Shown: one piece after another, positions 12,935 to 23,909 of the stretch
Position numbering within the stretch: position 1 is the stretch's first letter
How the letters are laid out: every line of letters starts with the position of its first letter
Assembly: GCF_006345805.1 (NCBI RefSeq)
Contig: NW_021834219.1
Span: forward strand, 36,310-100,309
Source of the DNA: Octopus sinensis
Taxonomy: Eukaryota
Direction of reading: 5' to 3'
DNA length: 64,000 bases
Notes under the pieces: model-generated
Told to the model about the DNA's origin: nothing
The model's database searches: none
The model's input: the letters and a program-made list of their open reading frames with translations, nothing else
Translations under genes and position numbers: made by a program

Positions 12935-13408
12935 GAAGTAAATATATGGCACAACGAAGTACCGATATTTACTGGAAAATAGCGAACGTATAATAACACG
13001 CTAATGTATAGCTTCACCGCGTATCTACTAGCAAAATGCGTGTGTGCAACAAACTTGAAAAAAATTGTCTTACCTCCAGCGTTTTGGCGTTTCAGTCGAG
13101 TGTATTGGCATTGATGTGGCAACATCTGAAATGTTATCGAGGTATATGTTGGCTGATGAAGATAAATCAAGTATATGTGTGCAGACATGTCTTGAAAAAT
13201 CTGAAACCGGTCACACATTATCCCTTTCTAGGTATTTCATCTTTCAGATGTTCTCCCTGGAGGTAAGAAAATTTTTTTCAAGTTTGTTGCACACACGCAT
13301 TTTTGCTAGTACATACGCGGTGAAGCTATACATTAGCGTCGTATTATTACGTTCGCTATTTTCCAGTAAATATCGGAATTTCGTTGTGGCCATATATTTA
13401 CTTCTATG
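12931..13408. mobile_element. MITE with ~150-bp TIRs and TA flanks
   Basis: 12931-13079 is the reverse complement of 13257-13408 (CATAGAAGTAAATATATGG.. / ..CCATATATTTACTTCTATG), flanked by TA on both sides. Confidence 0.85.
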
Positions 13409-13489
13409 TATAATTTTCCCTCACGGGCTATTCTTTACTGGAAAGCAATACTCTCGTATTGCATTATATATATATATATATATATATAC

Positions 13490-13534
<45 letters not shown>

Positions 13535-13554
13535 GGGCAAATATCTTCTACAAT

Positions 13555-13850
13555 AGCGTCAGGCCGCCGAAGCCTTGTAAATGGATTTGTTAGACGGAAA
13601 CTGAAAGAAACCCGTCGTATATATATATATATATATATAATTTGGGTAGCTCTGTTTGTCCTCCACCACCACTTGAGAACCGGAGTTGATTGGTTTACGC
13701 GTCCCCGTAACCCAGCGTTTCGGCAAAATAGACCAATAGAATAAGTACCTGATTTAGTAAAATCGAAGTGCTGGAGTCGATTCATTCGAATAAAATGCCC
13801 TAGTATGGCCACAATTTAATATGTGAAACAAGTAGAGGATAAAAGATAGA
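13555..13850 (+). mobile_element. 5'-truncated SINE family C
   Basis: GACGGAAACTGAAAGAAACCCGTCG, (TA)n, CCCCGTAAC..AGCGTTTCGGCAAAA..ATAGAATAAGTACC. Confidence 0.7.
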
Positions 13851-14402
13851 AGATTTGCTAAATTCTAATAAGTTTTTCCTAAATTTTCAAAATATATAAA
13901 AAATTACCTTAGTACACATATCAAATATATGTGTTTACATGTCTGTGCATATAAGGGTATGTATGTAGTTTGCATGTTAGTGTGTCATACTTGTTGACCG
14001 CTCCATTAGCGAAGACATAGCAGCTTTACTACTTACAAAATAGTAAAAATCTGTTATTCATACAGAAATATTCATTGACGTGGAATTGACATTTTTTTCT
14101 TTGTTCCTTTATTATATGTGGTCACATATCTTAACTAATAAATTTTAATACATCCTTTTATTTTATTCATATATGAAATAGAAGCAGTGCTAGTGCAATG
14201 AATGTTATCAACCACACATAGCGTATATGCAGGTAGGGCCATAGGCATGAAAAACACTGACAAGAAAGTCAAGGTCAGACGAAACAACACCCCCCAAATC
14301 CATCCAGGAGTGTTTCTCCATGTTTGTGGTTTCTCAACATCACTTGCCCGAACCGAACCCGATGTGTATTGCAACACCAATCCTCGACTGATATATATAT
14401 AT

Positions 14403-14449
<47 letters not shown>

Positions 14450-15665
14450 TAAAAACTATGTTCTGATATTCCCGGATAATACATAGGTAAGAATAAATTC
14501 AAATATGAAATAGAAGCAGCGCTAGTGTAATAAAAATCCACCACATATGTTTAACATACATACAAAGGGTTGTTTACCGGTGTTGTTGCGATTTAGCGTG
14601 ATGGAGATTATTCCTCAAAATCATAGACAGGCGAATAACTCGCCCCAAAACTGGCGAAACATTGAAATCCAACACATCTGAACGGCATTAGAGGTCAATT
14701 GTCTCGCCTGTCCAAGACATTCAGTTGTTTTAACAACCGACGCTTTGAAAAAGTATTCTACACCGCGTCAAACACGAAGGGGCTTGTGTTTAAAACATGT
14801 GTGGTCGATAATGTGTTTATTAGATATTTTTTATTGTAATCCCTATTTTGTTTCTGAAACTAATAAGTTATTTTTTGGCACGCACACACACACACACACA
14901 CACACGCACGCACACACACACACACACACATACAAACACACATATATAAATCTATGCATGCATATATATATATATATATATATGCACTTTTGTGCACATG
15001 CATGCATGTTTTTGTGCTTTAAAACTGATCAATAATTAACATTTATTCGCATGTGAATGGTACAAAATAGCTTATACACGTGCACACAACTATGAGTGAG
15101 GGAGTACACGTGCATGTGTGTATATTAGCATATACTTATCTTTATTGTCTTCTACTCCGTGTCGACTTACAAGTAAAACGACGAGCAAAACCCATACACC
15201 GTCAATTATGATCTGTGTTATATATTGTTACATCATTAAAGTTTTTAAAGATTAAAAGCTGACATCAGTGCTTCTGAAAGAAAGCCTGTGGTTACTCGTG
15301 CTACAGACTCGCACACTCTTCAAGGGTGTGGCATTTTTCTATTGATCGTCCATTAAAAGTGTGTATGCAAGTATGTATATATGAATATATAGATATGTGT
15401 GTGTGTATGTATGTGTGTGTCTGTCTGTGAGTGTCTGTGTTTGTATGTTTGTGTGTATGTCTGTGCGTTTGAGTATGTGATATCTTTTTATCTTTTATCT
15501 TTTCTCTGTTTCAGTCATTAGACTGTGACCATGCTGAACATCGCCATGATGACCAATGACTGAAACAAGTAGAACATGCAAGAATATGTATATGAGTGTA
15601 TGTATGTTTGCATATTATATGTAATATATATATATATAATAATATATATATATATATTTATATTA

Positions 15666-15720
<55 letters not shown>

Positions 15721-15851
15721 ATATATATATTTATATTTATATATATATATATATCTGCATATTGTATATATATATATATATATACTAGCTGAAGGTGACC
15801 CGCTCTACGCGCGGGTAAGAGTGTGGGTGTTACTTTCTGTTGCTTCCTTTC

Positions 15852-16163
15852 AGCACGTAAAAAGCACCATCCGAACGTGGCCGATTGCAGCACCGCCTTG
15901 ACTTGCTTCTGTGCCGGTGGCACGTAAAAAGCACCAACCGATCGTTGCCACTGCGAGAACCCCTGGCACCAGTGCCGGCGGCACGAAAAAAGCACTCACT
16001 ACACTCACAGAGTCGTTGGCGTTAGGAAGGTCATCCACCTGTAGAAACACTGCCAGATCAGACTGGAGCCTGGTGCAGCCTCCTGGCTTCCGAGACCCCG
16101 GTCACACTGCCGAACCCGTGCTAGCACGGAAAACGGACGTTAAACGATGATGATGATGATGAT
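15852..16163 (+). mobile_element. RTE-type 3' UTR/SINE with repeated GCACGTAAAAAGCACC and (GAT)n tail
   Basis: Three GCACG(T/A)AAAAAGCAC motifs, then GGCGTTAGGAAG..GACGTTAAAC(GAT)6. Confidence 0.7.
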
Positions 16164-17151
16164 TCTCCGTATTTGTTTCTCTCTCACTTTCCCACTCTCT
16201 TACTTTTCCTTTTTCTCGGACTCTCCCTCGCTGTCTCTTACTCTCTATCTTTATCTATCTCTCTCCAACAGAAAATCTTGAGTAAGTTGAGAAATAAAAT
16301 ATTTAGAAAGATCAATCAGAAATATGAAGCAGTGGCAACGGAAAGGTCTGCTTCAAGGCAGACAGCAAAACGCTAACATTTAAAAGGGACAGACGAACTT
16401 GCGAGCTGAATAAAAATAATAAAATATTGGAAACCAAAGTTTGAAGGGATAGAATCTGAGGATAGTAGAGTCACCATGGCTGGCATTTGTTAACGACGGA
16501 CAGCAACGTAGTGACAGTTTAACGGCTGGCGTAAAATTTGGAACTTGATGTAAAAGAAAATTCGTAAACACCAATTTTTGAAGCGATTCTTTCTCACGAC
16601 AGTAGACTCACCATGGCAAGCATTCAAAACTTCTTTATCATGGACGGCAACACATTGACTATTAAAAGGCTGGCACAAATTTTTTGCTTGATGTAACAGA
16701 GAATTCCTAAACAGCCGCTCCTTGAAATTTTAATCCCCTCCAGCCCCATTTAGACCCCTTTTCACATTTTGGTTAATATAACCCGATTTCATTCGGGTCT
16801 CTGGGGCCACATTTTATAAGATGAGGAATTTTGTCCTGGAGGTGACGCCTTTCATTTGAGGAACAAAATAGTTGTCATGCAAACTTGTCAGCACCGTTAA
16901 CATAGGTGTGCATATTTTGAGCTGAATCGACCGACTACGTAATGCACACATTATATATATATGTGTATATATATATGTGTGTGTGTGTGTGTGGTGTGTG
17001 GTGTGTGTGCACGCATTATATATACAAATGTATACAAATGAGATATATATCTGTATAAATTAAATTAGAGATAAAACCACTAATAGGCAAATCAAACAGT
17101 GAAAAACCAAAAACAAAAACATAAAAAAAGAAAATATAACATAGAAAATAT

Positions 17152-17665
17152 ATCTATATATATAAAACTGTAGTTGTGTGAGTGTGTGTCCCCTTCGATT
17201 TAGATTCCTAACTACTCCCACATTTTGCGATGCAGTTTAACCAAATTCGGGTATCTTATAGTCGTGATTCATATCGAGCCCGTCTGGGTATTAGCGCGCG
17301 TCTACGCTGAGTCTACGATTTTAAAAATAATTTAACATCATTTTTTATTCCATTTTAATGCATATTTTTTCGTGTGTCGATGGCGGCGGAGTTGGCGTGC
17401 ACGCTCACGCCTGCACCTGTGTTGCTTCTCCCCCTTCTTCCCTCCCTCGTGAAGCTGTGGGGAAGGGAGTGTAAGGAAATCAACGTCGTAATGCGTTGTC
17501 AAGGAGACCAGCGTTCTTTTAGAACAACGACTTCATGGCTTGAAGTCGCCAAAACAGAAATCGCTAAAAAAGCTGAAACGGATCCACAAAAACGGCAAAA
17601 ACCGCCACACAGGGCAGGTTTCCTGTGCAAACAATTTGCACAACCGAATGTTTTAGTTGTTGCAC
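17152..17665 (-). mobile_element. Helitron-like element, variant with one partial unit
   Basis: 17152-17370 shares the 3' module with 10815-11208 and 17670-18168, then diverges. Confidence 0.6.
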
Positions 17666-17669
17666 AAAT

Positions 17670-18168
17670 TTTTATATATAAAAGTGAAGTTGTGTGTCTG
17701 TCTCCTACGATTTAGATTCCTAACTACTCCCACATTTTGCGGTGCAGTGTAACCAAAACCGGGTATCTTATAGTCGTGATTCATATCGAGCCCTTCTGGG
17801 TATTAGCGCGCGTCTACGATGAGTCTACGATTTAAAAAAAAAATTACCATCATTTTTTATTCCATTTTAATGCATTTTTCGCTATTATATAAGGAAAGTA
17901 ACTCTCTAAAAATGTCTACGATGAGTCAACGATTAAAAAAAAATTACCATAATTTTTTATTCCATTTTAATGCATTTTTCGCTATTATATAAGGGAATTA
18001 ACTCTCTAAAAATGTCTACGATGAGTCAACGATTTAAAAAAAAAATTTACTATAATTTTTTATTCCATTTTAATGCATTTTTTGCTATTTTTTTGCTATA
18101 ACTCACTAAAAATGCTTATATAGTTATTTCCCTTACAAACCCGAGCAACGCCGGGCGATACTGCTAGT
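17670..18168 (-). mobile_element. Non-autonomous Helitron-like element (3 internal ~100-bp units)
   Basis: Reverse complement of 10815-11208 with one extra GTCTACGATGAGTC unit. Confidence 0.75.
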
Positions 18169-18870
18169 AAAATATAAAATTGAAAACTTTAAATTATTTA
18201 AATTGAAAATAAAAATTATTAAATTATATTTATAATTTGTTTAAAAATATATATAACTATGAAAAAGTTTAATATACATAAATACAGATATATACACTTT
18301 GTATATATACATTATATATACATATTTATATATAGAACACACACACATACATTATATATAAATATTTATATATAGAACACACACACACACACACACACAC
18401 ATAAATGAACGCAAGAATATCTGATTCATAATATTTGTTCTCATGCTCGTGTGTGTTTGTTGGTGACAGACATATACTTAAAAGAACGCCGCCGAAGTGA
18501 TAGGAAGGTAGGAAACAGAGTCAGTGAAAAAAAGAAGGAAATAGCGATAGTGACAGATACTTTAAATAACCGTAGTGGACTTCTGAAAGTTATGAAGAGG
18601 AGTGACAGAGTACTGGAGGAAATAGGGTGAGGTAGGAAGATGGCCCCTAGCAACCACACAGTTTAAGATAGAGATTTCTAAGGTAGCCCACGCGCATCGT
18701 CACCTCATTCTACATGTCCCTGTAAATTTTGGAGCGAATCGGACGGGATGTAGTGGCATTGAAAGCCATCCAAGCGGTAAAAACGCATTTCAGTTTTATA
18801 TATAGAGATATATATATAAATACATATATATATGTATATATACATACATATATATAGATAAAATACACGC

Positions 18871-18914
<44 letters not shown>

Positions 18915-18954
18915 CAACACACACACATATATATATAATATATATATATATATA

Positions 18955-19052
18955 TAATTTATTTTATAGAAGGAGCTTCTACAGGACTAGAACTGTTTCA
19001 TTCAAATGAAACAGTTCTAGTCCTGTAGAAGCTCCTTCTATAAAATAAATTA
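18955..19052. repeat. Perfect palindrome, 48-bp arms with 2-nt loop
   Basis: 18955-19002 is the exact reverse complement of 19005-19052. Confidence 0.95.
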
Positions 19053-19115
19053 ATTTACTCTGCTATGTATTGAGTACCTTATTTACTGTGGTTAACCCCG
19101 ACTCAACCCGGGACC

Positions 19116-19163
<48 letters not shown>

Positions 19164-19217
19164 TATATAATATATATAAACATACATAATAGATCATAAT
19201 AGATAGATAGATAGATA

Positions 19218-19682
19218 GTCAAGAGGGTGGCTGCTGGAAGACCGTATGTCTGGCAACAGGACTCTGCACCATGCCACAGAAACAAGAGAAACCACTCATG
19301 GTTGTCAGGCAATTACTGCAACCACAACCACCCCTAACATTTGACAGCCTAACTCCCCAGAATGCAACCCCCTTGATTATTATGTGTGGATCGCAGTTGA
19401 GCGAGAAACCATCAAAACGCCTTGTAACACCGAAGATGAACTGAAGGGAAGGATTATGGTAGCATTCACCAACTTAGAGAGGGAGACCACCCAGAAGAAT
19501 TGTAAGAGATTCTGAAGATGCCTTGAGGCCATGATTGAAGCCAATGGGCGATTTTATTGAATAAATTTACTTTAGTATTTCAAGATATTTTTATGTAATT
19601 GTGGGAAATATATCAGTTACAATGAGATGTTAGTGTTATTTCAATGTTTGCGTGTAACGTATACGACAAGATATTCTTTGTA

Positions 19683-19684
<2 letters not shown>
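19218..19684 (+). mobile_element. Tc1/mariner (DD37D maT-like) transposase 3' remnant with 3' TIR-like end
   Basis: Frameshifted 'GRPYVWQQDSAPCH..NSPECNPLDYYVW..VERET..ELKGRI..LEAMIEANG'; about 37 residues between the 2nd and 3rd D after manual frame repair. Confidence 0.85.
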
Positions 19685-19740
<56 letters not shown>

Positions 19741-19959
19741 AATGTAGGATAACATTTTTTCGAAAAACAATTTTAACAATGGCTAGCATATTAAAAAAAT
19801 ACCTTTAAAGGTTAAATTTATAAACAACTTATAAATAAACGAAAAAATTTCTAATGCAAAATATGCAGACATATTGTCCATAACCATATAAATTTTCACA
19901 ATACGCACGCTACTCGAAAAAAGGTCGACAGAAATTTCTAAAAAATTCCATTATTACAA

Positions 19960-20012
19960 TATCGGACTGATTTCAGAGTTAGTTCATAAGAACCCTCCCT
20001 TCGTCAGTGATA
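19960..20012 (-). ncRNA. Type I hammerhead-like motif (family H, copy 1)
   Basis: TATCA-CTGACGA-AGGG-ag-GTTC-ttat-GAAC-taa-CTCT-GAAA-tca-GTC-CGATA. Confidence 0.65.
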
Positions 20013-20271
20013 AATATGGCAAAGAAATAAATGAGATACTTACTCATACCCATGGAAGAAGCAAACACTAAGTCATCAGTACAATTAAGTGCCCCAAATG
20101 CATCCAAAATAGAAATACTCCAGCCCATTCAAGATACGTGCGATTTGAAGTGAGGCTCCCACCGTGTGAGAGAGTCCGGAAGTGAACACTTAAATTTATA
20201 TCTAATGTAGGACTATAAGTATGTGTGTCGAAGAAAGCCGACAGAAATTTCTAAAAATTCCGTTATTACCA

Positions 20272-20325
20272 TATCGGACCCGATTTCAGAGTTAATTCAT
20301 AAGAACCTTCTCTTCGTCAGTGATA
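20272..20325 (-). ncRNA. Type I hammerhead-like motif (family H, copy 2)
   Basis: TATCA-CTGACGA-AGAG-aag-GTTC-ttat-GAAT-taa-CTCT-GAAA-tcgg-GTC-CGATA. Confidence 0.65.
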
Positions 20326-20499
20326 AATGCGGCAAAGAAATAAGTGAAATACTTACCTATACCCACCCACGGCAGAAGCAAACACAAAGCCATGACCACA
20401 ACTAAGTACCTCAAATATATTCAAAATAGAAATTCTCCAGTCCAAAGTGTCTAGTTTCGGCATATTTGGCACTAGAAATTATAAATATATATATATAGG

Positions 20500-20645
20500 G
20501 GGAGAATTCCGAATAAACAAAAGACGAAGAAAACAAACAGATGTATTAGTATAACGCTCGGAAATTGAAAAAGTCTTTAACGTTTCGAGGCTACGCTCTT
20601 CCACAGAAAGGAACACAGAAAAAAACAAGGAGAGAAAAAAATTGT
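20500..20645 (-). mobile_element. Solo PLE pseudo-LTR fragment (family A) with hammerhead-like motif at 20574-20611
   Basis: Same family as 2843-3010; minus strand CCTTT-CTGTGGA-A-GAGCgtagCCTC-GAAA-CG-TT-AAAGA. Confidence 0.7.
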
Positions 20646-20939
20646 GTTTAGATGCTACCGATGTATTTATCTCTCACCACATGGAGTACTCATTTTGTTT
20701 TATTTTCTGTCACGGATCAGTACATTATACGTGATGGCTGCCCCCTCGTTATCGAGTATGGCCATTGCACGAAGCTCAACTGTTACTGGTGCTGTGATCG
20801 AATGTGACTTTTATTTACTTTTTAAGGTTACAGCCAGCCATTCAGTTGAGACTCACAGCACCATCAACAATCATGAACAATGTTGTTATCGTACAATGCC
20901 CGTGAAAGAAGATTTTTTTTTAAAGTGAGGAAAGGCTGT

Positions 20940-21370
20940 GCACTGAGTCAATCCCACTCACTAAGCAACAGCAGCCATAATCCGAAAAGAAGGACAAGTC
21001 GACATCATCGGTAACCACTGGGCCGCAGGTTTTATGTCGGAGTTATCCCAGTTACCTGAGTTACCTTCTCCTTGAAGGATGCCCTAACAAAGTCTAGGAG
21101 TCCTTCACTACCAATGGTTTAACTGCGCGATCGGGTATTTAGTCCGATTATTTCTATGCCCCCGCGCATGATATATCCTTAAGATGACCGTTGACTTTCA
21201 AGAGTTCCTCCGCCCTTTGACGGGTTTTGTTTTCCATCCCGCAGGGTGTCCAATAAACACCCTCCTCACCAAGCAAGCTTGGTGGGGTTGCCGGTTTAGT
21301 CGCCGATGGCCCGACCATGCAACAGGTTGTACTGGGTTACATGTTAACAGTAGCACTCGAAAGTGACCTC
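20940..21370 (-). mobile_element. GC-rich repeat fragment, possibly an RTE-type 5' region
   Basis: Elevated GC and no ORF; resemblance to RTE 5' regions is from memory only. Confidence 0.3.
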
Positions 21371-21401
21371 ACACAAACACATACATACATACATACATAC
21401 A

Positions 21402-21437
<36 letters not shown>

Positions 21438-21447
21438 TATATGTATG

Positions 21448-21494
21448 TTAGGGTTAGGGTTAGGGTTAGGGTTAGGGTTAGGTTAGGGTTAGGG
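21448..21494 (+). repeat. Interstitial telomeric repeat (TTAGGG)5-TTAGG-(TTAGGG)2
   Basis: Read directly from the sequence. Confidence 0.95.
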
Positions 21495-21641
21495 TATTTA
21501 GTCCGATTATTTCTATGTCCCCGCGCATGATATATCCTTAAGATGACCGTTGTATGTATGTATGTATGTATGTATGTATGTAGTATGTATGTATGTACGT
21601 ATGTATGTATGTATGTATATATATATATATATATATGTATG

Positions 21642-21675
<34 letters not shown>

Positions 21676-22129
21676 ATATATATATTTATATATTTATATA
21701 TATGTGTATGTAAGCATATGTATGTATCTATGTATAATGTACTGATCCGTGATAGAAAATTAAACAAAAAGAGTACTCCATCTGGTGAGAGATAAATATT
21801 ACTTATTTAAAGGTCGTAATGTATGTATTAAAGCGCTACTAATAGTTTTATATGTTGAGGAAACTGAAATATATTCTTCAGGCGCAAACAACATATCATA
21901 ACGAAGTAAAGAAATTGAGGAAATAATAGAGGAAACATGAAAGAATTGAGAAGGCAGCATATAGAAAATGCAGGCAGTAAACAACGGATAAACGAAAAAT
22001 AAAAACTAAACTGTAAAAAATATAAAGTAAAAATGTAATAGAGCTATCCTCCTTAGATCTTAAATGATAAGGCTGGAAAGATAACTAGGCATTCAGGAAT
22101 AGGCGGAATTTTCCAATTCTCACAAAATA

Positions 22130-23100
22130 TATTTATATATATGCATGCAACGACTGAAAATTTCTGACCTGGAGTTCAATAGAGAATGAGGGATTTTATC
22201 TCTGAACAGGATCTACGCTCTTTCAGCCCAACAAAGTCCACATTTATTTCATCCATTCACATTTGGTATGGATTTCTCAATTACTTTCCATTGGTGTTTC
22301 GTTATCTTTCAAAGTCCATACGTGGATAACCAACTTAGTAGCTTTACTTTTGTCCCTGTTTCGGAAAGAGGTTATGCGATTGGCATAGCGATTTTTAAAT
22401 TCTCCTTCACATAATTCAAAATAGGTATTTTTATCAATTGCATTTAGGGTTGCCTCATACATGATAGATTTAGTCATACATTGTTATTCAAGGGGACAGG
22501 ATCCTGGGTCGCGACAGTTGCAACTGTAATTCAGGCTCTTAATATTGACCACATGAAATGATACTCTTCGTATTGGGGCAGTATATATATGATAATTTCA
22601 CAGATCACCTATTAAATATTTTCCACTATCTGTGAGTGGCTGGAAAGTGTTTGTCTTTGAGAGACATGATCTTTTACCTATGTTAGTTTTTATATTAAGC
22701 AAAAATTAAGAGGCGAACCAAATAATTTTCGTTCACCTATTTTTAGGTTTTGTACTACTTTATATTTGATGCTATTAGATCTATTATTAATATTTTGATT
22801 AATATTAGAGAGATCATATATTAAATTATATTTTCAGCCACTAGTGGCTAGAGCCTTGTTATAATAGGGGGTAATTTTGTCGAAAACTTCTTTGGAAGAA
22901 GAGAGGTTAAACGCTCTGTTACTAATATTTGCTATCAGGATTCTAAATATTACAGGAGGGTGACAAGACTGTTTCTGTATACATGCGAGTTTCCAATTAG
23001 GCTTATGGTAATGTTTAAATCTAGGGCAGCAGCTAAACAATCAACTATAGAAAGATTAGTTGCTACTGTAATTTTAAGTCCTAATTGATTAAAGCTAGAA
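22130..23100 (-). mobile_element. Decayed Penelope-like element (RT thumb + GIY-YIG; Naiad-like signature)
   Basis: 'QSCHPPVIFRILIANISNRAFNLSSSKEVFDKITPYYNKALATSG', 'CNCRDPGSCPLNN', 'SIMYEATL..TYFELCEGEFKNRYAN..SFRN', 'LLNSRSEIFSRCMH'. Clade assignment is tentative. Confidence 0.8.
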
Positions 23101-23381
23101 AGGATACAGATGACCCGTTAGCAATTGAAACCTAAAGGCGACGACTCACGACTCAAAATGTCACGAAAAGCATTAACTCAATAATTTGACGAAAGAGAGG
23201 AAGCGAGAAAGCTCCTTACCTTAGTGAGACAAACTCACGCAAAACGTAGCAGATATATCCATTTCACGCGATTTCGAACTTTGAATCATTGTCGCATAAC
23301 TCGCCTCGTCAAATCATGAGTAAAACCGTTCAAGGCGTGCGCTAATTTGAAACGGTAAAGGTGTATAGTATAAATAATACA

Positions 23382-23612
23382 TATTTCTTTACTGCGCACA
23401 AGGGGCTAAACGCAGAAGGGACAAACAAGGACAAAGGGATTAAGTTGATTATATCGACCTCAGTGCGTAACTGGTACTTATATAATCCACCCCGAAAGGA
23501 TGAAAGGCAAAGTCGACTTCGGCGGAATTTGAACTCAGAACGTAAAGACAGACGAAATACCGCTAAGCATTTCGCCCGGTGTACTAACGTTTTTGCCTGC
23601 TCGCCGACTTGC
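23382..23612 (-). mobile_element. tRNA-derived SINE (family E) with 17-bp target-site duplication
   Basis: ATAGTATAAATAATACA at 23365-23381 and 23613-23629; head GGCGAGCAGGCA..GAGTTCAAATTCCGCC; same family as 37939-38280. Confidence 0.9.
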
Positions 23613-23909
23613 ATAGTATAAATAATACAGGTGACCCGTCAGTAATTCCAGCCTAAAGGCGACTTTATAAGCAACAGTAAAAATTAGTACCAGCATTGCC
23701 TGAAACAAGTGTTAAAAACGACTCAAAATACCACTAAAAGCATTAACTTTTTGAGTCGTCTTTGACTCTTGTTTCTAGCAATGCTGGTACTATTTTGTGC
23801 CCTTGTTTATAAATAAATGAATACATATATTCCTTAACAAAAAATAATAATAATAATAATCAACGAAACAAACGAACAAAATAAAATTTAATAAAACATA
23901 TCCACCAGA

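Larger units (their letters stand above)
15784..18809 (+). mobile_element. Possible Helitron-like host element with nested insertions
   Basis: 5' ACTAGCTGAAGGTGACCCGCTCTACGCGCGGG at 15784 and 3' ..AATTTTGGAGCGAATCGG..TTTTATATATAGAGAT at ~18809; continuity between the two ends is inferred. Confidence 0.4.
19739..20450 (-). repeat. ~465-bp tandem unit (1.5 copies, second deleted) carrying hammerhead motifs (family H)
   Basis: TCTAATGTAGGA at 19739 and ~20202; reverse complement of 36765-37500. Confidence 0.8.

Noticed and set aside
14250-14295. CTGACAAG..GTC..GAC-GAAA hammerhead-like string
   Set aside because: Core spacing is wrong and there is no stem I or cleavage triplet.
21240-21370. HDV-like ribozyme at a putative RTE 5' end
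   Set aside because: I could not build the nested double pseudoknot (no P2 partner) by hand; it needs a descriptor search.
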